A stretch of 64,000 nucleotides of DNA from an uncultured Planctomycetota bacterium (GCA_963849325.1 CAWKHF010000012.1:320001-384000), one strand, 5' to 3'. Positions 1-11,216 are shown, counted from the stretch's first letter. Translations and numbers: made by a program. Notes: generated by a model from the sequence alone, not told the origin.

Positions 1-255
1 CTGATCGCCCAGCGGTCGCAGCGAAATCATGCGCGGCTCCGGAAATGTCCACAAGGAAACGCTGGGGAGCAGGATACGGTCAAATGTCTACGCCGGACAC
101 CATTCGCCGCGAAACACGGCCGCGCCGCTGCTCCGTTGCGGACGCTCGCGCACTTCCCGGACTGTGGTTCTGTATGGCCGCCGATTTGCTAGAATGACGG
201 TCTTCGGAGCGGTCCCGACGGTGGGGACGCCGGAGCCGGAAGCCCGATTGAGAGC

Positions 256-1043
256 ATGATGGCCCAACCGCGTACCTTCACTTTCCTCGGCACCGGCACC
301 TCGGTCGGCGTGCCCATGATCGGCTGCGACTGCGCCGTCTGCCGCTCGACCGACCCGCGCAACCACCGCTATCGCTGCGCCGTCCTCATCCGCACGCCGC
401 AGGGCAATCTGCTCATCGACACGCCGCCCGAGCTGCGCCTGCAACTGCTCCGCGAGCGCGTCGGCGTCATCCACGCCGTGCTGTTCACGCACTACCACGC
501 CGACCACCTGTTCGGCCTCGACGACCTGCGGCCCATCGCCGCGCACGCTGGGCGGCCCGGTGCCGCTGTACTGCACCGCCGAGGTCGAGGGCAAGATCCG
601 CACCGCCTTCTCCTACGCCTTCGGCCCCGAGGCCGAGTCGCTGCCGGCCGGCATGATCCCCAAGCTGGTCTTCCAGCGCATCGGCACCGAGCCGTTCCCC
701 GTCCTCGGCCAGCTGGTGACGCCCATCCCGCTCATCCACGCCCATTTCGACGTGTTCGGCTTCCGCATCGGCGACGTGGCTTATTGCACCGATGTCAGCC
801 AGATTCCGCGCGACGAGCTGGCCGCGCCTGGAAGGGCTGCGCGTGCTGGTGCTCGACGCCCTGCGCTTCAAGCCGCACCCGGCCCACTTCGGGCTGGAGC
901 AGGCGCTCGACGTCATTCGCCAGTTCCGGCCGGAGCGCGCCTACCTGACGCACATGAGCCACGAGATGGAGCACGAGACGGTCAACCGCCTGCTGCCGCC
1001 CAACGTGCAGCTGGCCTACGATGGGTTGAGCTTCGAGTTTTAG
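256..1043 (+). CDS. MBL-fold metallo-hydrolase (PhnP-like phosphodiesterase), frameshifted in this sequence
   Basis: FLGTGTSVGVPMIGCDC, THYHADH and LTHMSH motifs spread over ORFs 256, 560 and 792. Confidence 0.9.
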
Positions 1044-1064
1044 CTCTTTTCATGGGAGGTCCTC

Positions 1065-2481
1065 ATGGCGGACCCCTCGATGAACGTGCCCGACGACCTG
1101 CAGCCAAGCGTTACGGCGGCACCGGCAGGAGCACGTCCTGGCCTGGTGGGACCGCCTCGACGACGCCGGCCGCCGCGGCCTGGTCGAGCAGCTGCAGCGC
1201 CATCGACCTGGACCGCCTGGCCCAGCTCTACGCCGAGCGCGACCGCACCTACCAGGTCCCCGATCGTCGGCGCATCAAGCCGGTCGCCGATCGTGCCGGC
1301 CGACGCGCCGGACAACGCGGCCATGCGCGCGGCCGGCGAGGAGGCGCTGCGGCGCGGCGAGGTGGCCGTGCTCGTCGTGGCCGGCGGACAGGGCAGCCGG
1401 CTCGGCTTCGAGCACCCCAAGGGCATGTATCCCGTCGGCCCGGTCAGCCGCAAGAGCCTGTTCCAGATCCACGCCGAGAAGGTGCTGGCCCTGGGCCGCC
1501 GCTACGGCCAGCAGCCGCCGCTGCTGGTCATGACCAGCCCGGCCACCGACGCCGAGACGAAAGAGTTCTTCGCCGAACAGCGCTATTTCGGACTGCCGAA
1601 GGAGGAAGTATTCTTCTTCTGCCAGGGCACGATGCCGGCCCTGGACCTGGCGACGGGCAAGCTGCTGCTGGAGGCGCCGGGCCGGCTGTTCCTCAGTCCC
1701 GACGGCCACGGCGGCACGCTGACGGCCCTGGCCAAAAGCGGCCTGCTCGAACGCTTGCAGCGAGCGCGGCATCCGCCACCTGTTCTACTTCCAGGTGGAC
1801 AACCCGCTCGTGAAGGTGGCCGACCCGATCTTCCTGGGCCGCCACCTGTCGCAGCGCTCCGAGGCGTCGTCCAAGATCGTGCCCAAGCAGGGGCCGAAGG
1901 ACCGGCTGGGCAACCTCGTGCTGGTCGAGGGCCGCTGTACCATGATCGAGTATTCCGACCTGCCCGACAGCGCTGGCCCACGAGACGGACGAGAACGGCC
2001 GGCTGCGTCTGTGGGCAGGCAGCCCGGCGATCCACATCTTCGACATGGATTTCCTGGCCCGGCTGACCGAAGGGGCCGGCAAGCTGCCGTTCCACGTCGC
2101 CCGCAAGAAGGTGCCGTACCTCGACGACAACGGGCAGACCGTGCAGCCGGCGAAGGAGAACGCCCTGAAGTTCGAGCGCTTCATCTTCGACGTGCTGCCG
2201 CTGGCCGAGCGCTGGCTGGTGATGGAGACGTCGCACCGCGAGGAGTTCGCGCCGCTGAAGAACGCCGAGGGGGCCGATTCGCCGGAGGCGGTCGAGGCAG
2301 GCGCTGAGCAACCTGGCCGCCGACTGGCTGACGCGGGCCGGCGTCGAGGTGCCGCGCAGCGCCGAGCGGCGACGCCGGCGGTGCCGCTGGAGATCAGCCC
2401 GCTGTTCGCGCTGGACGCGGAGGAATTGGCCGCCCGCGTGGATCGCGGCACACGCATCGACGGGCCGACGTATTTCGATAG
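1065..2481 (+). CDS. UDP-N-acetylglucosamine/UDP-sugar pyrophosphorylase (UDPGP/UAP1 family), frameshifted; 3' end approximate
   Basis: VAGGQGSRLGFEHPKG, PDGHGG, VDNPL, IEYSDL, KFERFIFD and EFAPLKN motifs. Confidence 0.88.
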
Positions 2482-2482
2482 G

Positions 2483-2521
2483 GACGCTTCGCAGGAGCGT
2501 CTGACGCTTCTGCGAAGCGTC
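2483..2521. repeat. Intergenic REP-like palindrome
   Basis: GACGCTTCGCAG...CTGCGAAGCGTC inverted arms. Confidence 0.6.
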
Positions 2522-2554
2522 GCTAACGCTACGATTATTAGAAAGGGCAAAGGA

Positions 2555-3637
2555 ATGCTTCACGCGATGATCATGGCGGGCGGCGGCGGCACGCGGTTCT
2601 GGCCGCGCAGCCGGCAGCAGCGGCCCAAGCAGTTCCTCGCCCTGGGCGGCGACCGCACGCTGTTGCAGCAGGCCATGGACCGCATCGAGGGGCTGCTGCC
2701 TGCCGAACACGCCTGGGTCATCACCGGCCAAGCCTATCAGGCGGAGACGGCCCGGCAACTGCCGCAGCTGCCGGCCGATCACATCGTCGGCGAGCCGTGC
2801 GGCCGCGACACCGCCGCCTGCATCGGCCTGGGCGCGGCCCTGATCGCCCGCCGCGATCCGTCGGCGATCATGCTGGTGACGCCGGCCGATCACGTCATCG
2901 AGCCGGTGCACGAGTTCGAGCGCGCGGCCCACGTCGCCGCCGCGATGGCCGAGGAGCACCCCTCCGCCCTCGTCACCTTCGGCATCCCGCCGACGTTCCC
3001 GTCCACCGGCTACGGCTACATCCATCGCGGCCCGGAGGTCGGCCAGCGCCAGGGCGTCAGCGTCTTCCGCGTGCAGGCGTTCGAGGAGAAGCCGCCCGCC
3101 GACCGCGCCGAGCAGCTTCGTCGCCTCCGGCGAGTACTACTGGAACAGCGGCATCTTCGTCTGGCGGGCCGCCACGGTGCTGGAGGAACTGCGGCGACAG
3201 CAGCCGAAGCTGCACGACGGCGTGCGGCGCATCGCCGACGCCTGGGACACGCCGCAGCGCGACGCCGTGCTGCGCCAGCGAATACGAGGCGATGCCGAAG
3301 GTCAGCATCGACTACGCCGTCATGGAGCACGCCCGCGAGGTGCTGGTGGTCAAGGCGCCGTACCGCTGGGACGATGTCGGCAGCTGGCTGGCCCTGGAAC
3401 GCATGCACCCGCAGGACGCCGACGACAACACCGTGCTGGCCGACGCACTGCGGCCTGAAGACGAATCATTGCGTCATCGTCGGCGACGCCGGCCGGCTCA
3501 TCGCCACCATCGGCGTGGAGAACCTGCTCATCGTGCAGGACGGCGACGCCACGCTGGTCGCCGACCGCCGCGACGAGGGCACGGTCAAGCAGCTGGTCGA
3601 GCTGCTGAAAAAGAAAGGGCTGGAGCAATACCTGTGA
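2555..3637 (+). CDS. manC: Mannose-1-phosphate guanylyltransferase, frameshifted
   Basis: IMAGGGGTRFWPRSR..PKQFL, EPCGRDTA, TGYGYI, WNSGIF, SIDYAVME and WDDVGSW motifs. Confidence 0.9.
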   Translation: MLHAMIMAGGGGTRFWPRSRQQRPKQFLALGGDRTLLQQAMDRIEGLLPAEHAWVITGQAYQAETARQLPQLPADHIVGEPCGRDTAACIGLGAALIARRDPSAIMLVTPADHVIEPVHEFERAAHVAAAMAEEHPSALVTFGIPPTFPSTGYGYIHRGPEVGQRQGVSVFRVQAFEEKPPADRAEQLRRLRRVLLEQRHLRLAGRHGAGGTAATAAEAARRRAAHRRRLGHAAARRRAAPANTRRCRRSASTTPSWSTPARCWWSRRRTAGTMSAAGWPWNACTRRTPTTTPCWPTHCGLKTNHCVIVGDAGRLIATIGVENLLIVQDGDATLVADRRDEGTVKQLVELLKKKGLEQYL

Positions 3638-4085
3638 GCGACGCCGCACGCGTCTGCTCGGCGTGGACTACGGCACCGTCCGCGTCGGCCTGGCCGTCAG
3701 CGACCCCGACCGCCGGCTGGCCTCGCCGCTGGCCGTGTACCGAACGGCGCGGCCGCGACAGCGACGCCGCGTACTTCCGCGCCGTCGTGGCCGCGGAGGA
3801 AGTCGTCGGCCTCGTCGTCGGCCTGCCGGTCCATCTCGACGGCCGCGAGGGACAGAAGGCCGGCGAGGCGCGCGCCTTCGGCGCGTGGCTGGCCGAGACG
3901 ACCGGGTTGCCGGTGACGTTCTGGGACGAGCGCTTCAGCACGGTCGAGGCCGAGTCGGCGCTGTGGCAAGCGGGACTGACGCACAAGAAGCGCAAGGCGC
4001 GCCGCGATCGCGTGGCGGCGCAGATTCTGCTTGCAGGCGTATCTCGACGCCGGCTGTCCGGCCGAGTCCGCCGCCGGCCCGTTAG
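3634..4085 (+). CDS. ruvX: YqgF/RuvX family pre-16S rRNA nuclease, frameshifted
   Basis: GVDYGTVRVGLAVSD, VVGLP, WDERFST and RDRVAAQILL motifs. Confidence 0.88.
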
Positions 4086-4109
4086 AAGGATGATCCGCGA
4101 GAGGGACGC

Positions 4110-4256
4110 CTATCGCATGGCTCGTCTGCTCGCTGGCTGGTTCGGTGGTTCACCGGCACTATCTTTGCGGCGAGCAGGCAGCGCCCGGACCTCGGGGGCA
4201 AGCTCTGCCTTCACACGTTTCTCGTCCCAGCCGGGGGGAAATGTCTGCTTGTTCAT
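4110..4256 (-). pseudogene. Short remnant of a small hypothetical protein (FPPGWDE-type N-terminus)
   Basis: MNKQTFPPGWDEKRVK start; appears internally deleted; recognised from memory only. Confidence 0.3.
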
Positions 4257-4315
4257 TCCGCATCCGCTTGTTGGACCAACCGTTCCTCCGCGGCGATGGG
4301 TTAGGAGCTGTCGTT

Positions 4316-5041
4316 TCATCGACTCTGACGCTTCCACCAGACGGTCCACTTGTCGGGATCATCCCCGAGCCTCTGCTCGGTAAGAACTTCCAGACCTTGT
4401 TGCGCTGATTCTTTGAGGTCCGGGTCGCGCAAGAGTTCGATGAGAACGGGGACCGCCCGCCTGTCGCCCAGCGCACCTAAGGCGTAACAGGCCAGGTCAG
4501 CTGGCGAGGAACGGATGCAGTTGAGCGTCTTGCCGTTCGTATCGCCGCCCCGGCCTTCCTTGTCCTTGGTAAGGGCCACGATTTCCGCATACGCTTCTCC
4601 GGCTTTCATCTCTCCCAAAGCGGCCACGGCGATGCTTCGCACGTATGGAGACTTGTCCTTGAGAGCGTTTCGGAGGGTGGGGATCGCCCGCCGATCCTTG
4701 AGGACACGTAACGCGACCACAACATTGTCGCGGTCCCGGCCGCTGACCTGGGGAAGATCGACCATCATGACGGGGACGCCACGGAAGTCGCCCAGCTTAC
4801 CGAGAGCCAGGGCCGCTCTCCGTCGGATCTCAACCTCTGGGGACTTCAAGCATTCGTGAAGACGTTTCAGGGCCATCTCTTTTTGCTCTCCGGCCAGATC
4901 GGCAATCGACTTCGCAAAGGGATCGGTCAGAAGGACCGCCTTGGGGTCATGGAACGCATCCCAGTCAATCGCTTTGCACGTCTGGGCAAAGGCGAGCACG
5001 ACGAGTAGAGCACTCGCCATCAATACGTGTACGAATCGCAT
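4316..5041 (-). CDS. Secreted HEAT-repeat protein
   Basis: Signal peptide MRFVHVLMASALLVVLAFA, repeated VR..AA.ALG helices, SD AAGGAG upstream. Confidence 0.8.
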   Translation of the reverse strand: MRFVHVLMASALLVVLAFAQTCKAIDWDAFHDPKAVLLTDPFAKSIADLAGEQKEMALKRLHECLKSPEVEIRRRAALALGKLGDFRGVPVMMVDLPQVSGRDRDNVVVALRVLKDRRAIPTLRNALKDKSPYVRSIAVAALGEMKAGEAYAEIVALTKDKEGRGGDTNGKTLNCIRSSPADLACYALGALGDRRAVPVLIELLRDPDLKESAQQGLEVLTEQRLGDDPDKWTVWWKRQSR

Positions 5042-5220
5042 CCTCTTACTCCTTCCCTCTGGTTTGCTCACGCCTGGAGCAACCTGTCGCGGTTGCCGCG
5101 CAACCTTCACGGACTCGCGCAGCCTATCCCTATTTTCCCTTGTATCCCGTCCGAAACCATCTCGTCAAGGAAAGAATGATGTTCCGCGTTCCGTTCCGCG
5201 GAGATTGGGTGCTGCGCGGT

Positions 5221-8128
5221 TCACCAGCGTAATGGCTTCTGCCACGCTTCCTTGAGGGCCGCCAGCGGTGCCCAGATGATCCATTCGCCGCTCGCCCCGG
5301 CGATGCGCAGGCGCGGTTCCTCGCACGTCTGCCCAATTGGTGTCAACGGGGTGTCACTTCCGAAGCACGAGCGGAACGCGGCCTCCTTGTCGGGTCGCAC
5401 CTCGACGACGAAGCGCGTCGTCGATTCGCTGAACAGCAGCACGTCGTCCGGCAGGCGCGGCATCGCCCAGGCGCGTCACGTCGGCGCCGATGCCGCCGGC
5501 GAAGGCCATCTCCGCCACGGCGACGGCCAGGCCGCCCTCGCTCAGGTCGTGGCACGAACGCACCAGACCGGCCATGATCGCCTCGTGCAGCTTGCGGAAG
5601 ATGCGCGGCGCCAGTTCCAGGTCCGGCCGCGGCACCGTCCCGCCGTCGAGTCCGTGCACGAGGTGGTAGTGCGAGCCGCCCATCTCGTCCCTGCGTCGCG
5701 CCGACGAGGAACAGGAGGTTGCCCGGCTCCTTCAGGTCCATCGTCACGCAGCGGCGCACGTCCGGGACGCGGCCCAGGGCGCTGATGAGCAGCGTCGGCG
5801 GGATGACGATGTTGCCGGCCGCCGGAGTGATATTCGTTCTTGAGGCTGTCCTTGCCGCTGATGAACGGCATGCCGTAGGCCAGGGCCACGTCGCGGCACG
5901 CCTCGGCCGCGCGCACCAGCGAGCCGAGCACCTCCGGCCGGTCGGTGTTGCCCCAGCAGAAGTTGTCGAGCAGGGCGATCCGCGACGGGTCGGCGCCGAC
6001 GGCGACGACGTTGCGCACCGCCTCGTCGATGGCGGCGGCGGCCATCGCGTAGGGGTCGAGGTCGCCGTAACGCGGGTTGATGCCGCAGCCGACCGCCAGG
6101 CCGGTCCACGAGCCGAGCACCGGCATGACCACCGCCGCGTCGCCGGGGCCGTCGTCGTCGACGCCGACCAGCGGCTTGACGACGCTGCCGCCCTGGACCT
6201 CGTGGTCGTACTGGCGGATGATCCATTCCTTGCTGCACACGTTCGGCGAGGCGAGGATTTTCAGCAGGACGTCGTTGAAATTCTCGGGGCGAGCGGGGGG
6301 CGTCAGCCCCCTGTTGGGTGTCAACAGGGGGCTGACACCCCCCGCTCGCCAAGTCGCCTGGCGCACCACCGGCGGCCGGCCGTCGTGCAGGAAGTGCAGG
6401 TCGAGGTCGGCGACCTGCTGCCCCTGGTAGAACAGCCGCAACCGGCCGGTCGCCTCGAAACGGCCGAGGACCGTCGCCTCCACGTCTTCGCCGGCGCACA
6501 GTTCCTGTAACTGCGGCCACGTCTCGGGCGGCACGGCCAGGACCATGCGCTCCTGCGCCTCGCGAGATCCAGATTTCCGTGTACGACAGGCCGGCGTACT
6601 TCAGCGGCGCCTGCTCGAGCTGCACCGCCGCGCCGAGCTCCTCGCCCATCTCGCCGACGGCGGAGCTGAAGCCGCCGGCGCCGCAGTCGGTGATGGCGTG
6701 ATACAGCCCCTGGTCGCGCGCCTGCAGCAGCACGTCCAGCAGCTTCTTCTCGGCGATGGCGTTGCCGATCTGCACCGCGCCGCCGCTGACCTTCTCCGAC
6801 TCCGCGGTCAGCTCGACCGAGGAGAACGTCGCGCCGTGGATGCCGTCGCGGCCGGTGCGGCCGCCGACGGCCACGATCAGGTCGCCGTCGCGCGGCTCCT
6901 TGTGGCAGCGGTCCACCGGGAGCAGGCCGACCGTGCCGCAGTAGACGAGCGGGTTGCCGAGGTAGCGGTCGTCGAAGCAGACGGCGCCGTTGACGGTCGG
7001 GATGCCCATGCGATTGCCGTAGTCGCGCACGCCGGCGACGACGCCCTTCATCACCTTCAGCGGGTGCAGCACGCCCGGCGGCAGCGACTCCGGCGGCGTG
7101 TCCGGCGGCGCGAAGCAGAAGACGTCGGTGTTGCAGATCGGCTTGGCCCCCAGGCCGGTGCCGAGCGGGTCGCGGATGACGCCGCCCAGGCCGGTGTTGG
7201 CGCCGCCGTAGGGCTCGATGGCCGACGGATGGTTGTGCGTCTCCACCTTGAAGCAGACGTGATAGCGGTCGTCGAAGCGCACGACGCCGGCGTTGTCCTC
7301 GAAGACGCTGACGCACCAGTCGTCGGCGCCGAGCCGGCGGCGGACCTCCTGCGTGGCGGCGAAGATCGTCTCCTTGAGCAGGTTGTCGTAGCGCCGAACG
7401 CTGCCGTCCTCTCGCTGGAACTCGATGCGGCCCTTGAGCGTCTTGTGCGAGCAGTGCTCCGACCACGTCTGGGCCAGCGTCTCCAGCTCCACGTCGGTCG
7501 GGTCGCGGCCCAGCTCGCGGAAATGGGCCTGGATGGTCCGCATCTCGGCGAGGCTGAGGGACAGCTGGCCGTCGCGGCTGAGCTTCTCCAGGGCCGCGTC
7601 GTCCAGGTCGCGCAGCGGCACGGTGACGAGCCGGAAGCGAGTAATCGGAGCCGAGGCTCAGGTGATCCAGGGTCAGCGGGCCGGCGACGACCTGCTCGAT
7701 CGCCTCGTTGGCGAGCACCTTGCGGAAGAGGACGGCCCGCGCCTCGGGCGGCGCCGGCGGGCCGAAGTAGCGGCGGAAGGTGCGCACCGACGCCGACGGG
7801 GATGCCGAGGTCGCGGGCGGCCTCGACGACGCTCAGCGCGGTCGGGTCCATCACGCCAGGCTTGAGCAGGACCGTGGCCAGGTGGTCGGGCGCAGGTGTT
7901 CGTTGAGGGTGCCCAGCCGGCCGGACTCGACGAGCGGATCGACCAGCAATTCGTCGGCCAGGCGCTTCGCCTGCGGCGCGACAACTCGCCCTCGACGAGA
8001 TAGCCGCGCGCCGTGCCGGTGATCCGCTCGGCGCCGTCGCCTGTGTGCGTCAGCAGGTCGTATTCTTCACCGACGCGCCGGCGCTCCCCATCGTCGCCCC
8101 TGGGCTGAATCTCGATCTCCCAGAACAT
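5221..8128 (-). CDS. purL: Phosphoribosylformylglycinamidine synthase subunit PurL with N-terminal extension, frameshifted
   Basis: [62 protein letters not shown] and HDLSEGGL motifs. Confidence 0.95.
6288..6350. repeat. 63-bp palindromic element lying in frame inside purL
   Basis: 29-bp arms with 1 mismatch and a 5-nt loop; encodes [20 protein letters not shown]. Confidence 0.8.
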
Positions 8129-8173
8129 GCTGTCGTCTCCGTCGCACTCCGCCGCAGGCGGCTGGGTTGGATC

Positions 8174-8776
8174 TCACAAGAACCAGAGCCGGAAGACGTA
8201 GATACCGATGAAGGCGCCCACGAACAATCCGCTGATAATCAGGCCGCTGGTGGCCACGATCATGTGATGGCCGCGCGTGCGTAAGGCGGCCGCGGCCTGT
8301 CCCAGGCCGAGCACGCCCAATAGCGCGGCGCCCAGGATCAGGACCAGGGCCAGCAGGGCGACGGCAATCGTCATGCCCACGGCGGCGACGGTGATCGCCG
8401 CAATCACTTCGCCGACGACCATCAGGACCCAGGCGCCGATGCCCATTGCCAGGCCGAGGACGGCCTGGCGGAAGTGGGCACGGGCCTGCTCGGGAGCGGC
8501 CTCGCGGGATTCCAGAGCACGCTCGACGCAGGCGGCACACAGGACCTGGTCGCACCAGCGTGTGCGGCAGACTTCGCAGAAGTAATTGCCGCAACGGCCG
8601 CAGGTGCCGACCGCCTCCTGTCCGGCGTGAACGGCGCAGGCGCCCTCGCCTTCGCGGGCCGGTCGGCCGGTGCGACCCGGCGGTTCGTACAGCGGATCGC
8701 GGCAGTTAGGGCAGCGCGCACCGAGGCGCTCGCGGTCAACCGGCAAGGGATAGTCACAGGAGGGACAACGGTTCAT
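8174..8776 (-). CDS. Zn-ribbon/B-box zinc-finger membrane protein
   Basis: CPSC, CPNC, CAVH...CGRCGNYFCEVC...CAAC, then hydrophobic TM segments. Confidence 0.8.
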   Translation of the reverse strand: MNRCPSCDYPLPVDRERLGARCPNCRDPLYEPPGRTGRPAREGEGACAVHAGQEAVGTCGRCGNYFCEVCRTRWCDQVLCAACVERALESREAAPEQARAHFRQAVLGLAMGIGAWVLMVVGEVIAAITVAAVGMTIAVALLALVLILGAALLGVLGLGQAAAALRTRGHHMIVATSGLIISGLFVGAFIGIYVFRLWFL

Positions 8777-8779
8777 GGC

Positions 8780-9519
8780 CTAGCCCTGCCATTGCTTGAC
8801 GATGCTGAGCAGGGCGATCGCCGACGACCACACGACGCCGGCCAGCCCCGCCGTCACGCCGGTCATGGCCAGTCCCCTTCCGGCCAGGTGTGCCTTGCCG
8901 TCGATCTGCCGCAACGCCAGCCAACCGAGGACCAGCTCGCCGCTCGCCAGGACCAGGGCGATCAGACAAAATACCAGCGCCACGACGACCCCATTCTCCA
9001 GGGTCATGTAGACACCGATGGCCATGAAGGTCAGGAACAGGCTGACCACGGTGCTGACCAGAGCGAGGATGAAGGCGAGGAGGGCGAGCGGCGCCAGGCG
9101 GGCCGGCCGACTCAGGCCGCGGACGCGGAAGTTCTTGCACGGCCCGCACAGTGTCTGCCCTTGCAATGCGACCACACAGGCGGAGCAAAACGAGGCGTGG
9201 CAGGCGTCGCAGGTCGCTTCCCTGGGCGTCTCGTCGTGGTTGAGACAGTAAGCGGGGTTGGGACGGTGTCGGGCGCGCACGCGGCGCGGCGGCAAGGCTT
9301 CCGGCTCGGGCCAATCATCCTCGGCGGTCGGCCGGGGGTGCGCGGCCGAGACGACGGCGGCATCGGCTGGGCCTCCTCCGGTTCCGGCTCGGGGACCGTG
9401 CTCGACCACGGCACGCGATTGCCGTGGCCACATTCGCAGAAAACGAGCGTGCCGGACAGGTGCTCGGCCCGGCCGTGGCGCTTTCCGCATTGCTTGCAGG
9501 CGAACCAAATATGTCTCAT
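8780..9519 (-). CDS. Zn-ribbon/B-box zinc-finger membrane protein (DUF4190-like C-terminus); one frameshift; start codon supplied by the integrated element
   Basis: MRHIWFACKQCGK...FCECGH joined by a frameshift to CLNH...CDACHASFCSAC...CGPC and TM helices ending GRGLAMTG. Confidence 0.75.
9490..9507 (+). repeat. attL core direct repeat TTGCTTGCAGGCGAACCA
   Basis: Identical to 19116-19133. Confidence 0.9.
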
Positions 9520-9522
9520 AAT
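9494..9522 (+). promoter_or_regulatory. Putative sigma70 promoter of the integrase overlapping attL
   Basis: TTGCAG-N17-CATAAT; SD AAGGAGG at 9545-9551 before ATG 9558. Confidence 0.5.
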
Positions 9523-9557
9523 AGATCGTCCTAGCCGCTCCCGAAAGGAGGAATAGA

Positions 9558-11216
9558 ATGGGCGACATGCCAAGACGCGCGTACTCCTACCTTCGGTTTT
9601 CCCACCCCAAGCAGGCTACCGGGGACACCATCCGAAGGCAAGAAGAATGGACCGCGAGCCTGTGCCGGCGGCACAGCTGGTATCTCGATGACACCCTACG
9701 CTTTGCAGACAAGGGGAGGTCCGCGTTTCACGGCGGACTCAAGGCGCTAGGGCAGTTCCGCGACCTGGTGCGACGCGAACGCATCGCGCCCGGCTCGGTG
9801 CTCGTCGTGGAGGTGCTCGACCGCATCTCCCGCGAGGAGGTTGATGATGCTTACGACATCTTCCGAGAGATCATCCGGGCCGGCATATGGATCGCTACGC
9901 GGGAACCGGAGCGCATCTATACCCGCGAGACGTGTGCTGGGAACATGCTCAATCTGCTGGAACCGCTCTTCATCTTTGCACGTGCCCACGATGAGAGCCG
10001 TGCAAAGTCTATGCGTATCCGGGAGGCGTGGGTGCATCAGCACCGAAAAGCGAGAGAGGAAAAGCAGCCGATCCAATCGCGGCCCCCTTGGTGGCTAAGG
10101 AAGGGGCAGCACGGTTATGAGTTGATCCCAGAGCACGCCGAGGCGATACGGCAGATGCGAACGCTCTGCCTATCCGGGCACGGGTACACCCAGACCGCAG
10201 GGGAATTGGCCCGGCGGCTGTTTCGCCCGCCCGGACGGAACTGGTGTATCGAGACCATCCGAAGTACGCTGAAATCTCGTCGCACGCTCGGCGAGCACCA
10301 GCCGGGACACAAGATCAAAGGCCGGCTGGTGCCGGACGGACCACCGATCCAGGGATACTACCCGACTATCTTCACTCCGGAGGAGTGGGAGGCCATACAA
10401 GGGGCGATCCAGCGCAGACAACGCAACAAGCCGGGACGGCCAGCGAAGGAATGCGCCAACCTCTTTACCGGGTTGGTATTCGAGGCGAATTCCCGGCTAC
10501 CTATGTCAAAGGGGTCCGCACGGCCGCAGCATGGGGGGAAGAAATACAACAGCCTCAAGTGTAGGAACGCTTATTATGGGATGCCGCTCTGCCGCGTTCC
10601 CTACGAGTCGCGTAGGGGACAGCCGGGATTTGAGGGGTGCGTGTTAGACACCATCGCGATGCTACGTCCCCAGGACGTGCTTGACGACGAGCGGCGATCC
10701 GACGAGCGGGAGCACCGCATCGACGCACTGACCAAACGTGTAACGGCCCTGGCACATCGCCGGGGACAACTGCAGGCGGCGGCAGCCGACCCAGAGCAGG
10801 ACGCCGCAGACATTCTACCAGCCCTGGCGACAGTACGTCGGGAGTTGGAAACGGCGGCGAAGGAGTTGAATGCCCTCAAGCTCGAAAGCCAGACAGGCCG
10901 GGCGGAAGCGCTAGCAGAGTGCCAGACGCTACAGGAACTGCGGCAACGCGCCCAGGGCGAGGAGCGGCAGGAGTTAGACCGCCGCATCAAGGCGGCGCTA
11001 CCGTCGATCATGGAATCCATCTGGATACAGTGCCAGAGAGTATCTACCCGGCATCAGATCGTACACATCCAGATATGGCTACACAGCGGCTCCATGCGCT
11101 ATGTGCAGATGCTGCCACCGAACCTCCACGGCGTCAAGCCGTGGCAGCTGGAGGAACACGACCTACGCAAGGGGCATTATGTAGGCGACGCTACAAATAT
11201 GGCCCAACCGGCGTAG
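9558..11216 (+). CDS. Large serine recombinase (resolvase + recombinase domains + coiled coil)
   Basis: AYSYLRFSHPKQATGDTIRRQ catalytic Ser motif, DKGRSAF, LVVEVLDRISRE, ESRAKSMR, YYPTIFTPEEW, NLFTGL. Confidence 0.93.
   Translation: MGDMPRRAYSYLRFSHPKQATGDTIRRQEEWTASLCRRHSWYLDDTLRFADKGRSAFHGGLKALGQFRDLVRRERIAPGSVLVVEVLDRISREEVDDAYDIFREIIRAGIWIATREPERIYTRETCAGNMLNLLEPLFIFARAHDESRAKSMRIREAWVHQHRKAREEKQPIQSRPPWWLRKGQHGYELIPEHAEAIRQMRTLCLSGHGYTQTAGELARRLFRPPGRNWCIETIRSTLKSRRTLGEHQPGHKIKGRLVPDGPPIQGYYPTIFTPEEWEAIQGAIQRRQRNKPGRPAKECANLFTGLVFEANSRLPMSKGSARPQHGGKKYNSLKCRNAYYGMPLCRVPYESRRGQPGFEGCVLDTIAMLRPQDVLDDERRSDEREHRIDALTKRVTALAHRRGQLQAAAADPEQDAADILPALATVRRELETAAKELNALKLESQTGRAEALAECQTLQELRQRAQGEERQELDRRIKAALPSIMESIWIQCQRVSTRHQIVHIQIWLHSGSMRYVQMLPPNLHGVKPWQLEEHDLRKGHYVGDATNMAQPA

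Noticed and set aside
256-8128. Mass pseudogenisation or programmed frameshifting (many broken ORFs here and at 24.6-33 kb and 45-63 kb)
   Set aside because: Single-base indels hit essential genes such as purL while motifs stay intact, a pattern typical of uncorrected long-read errors
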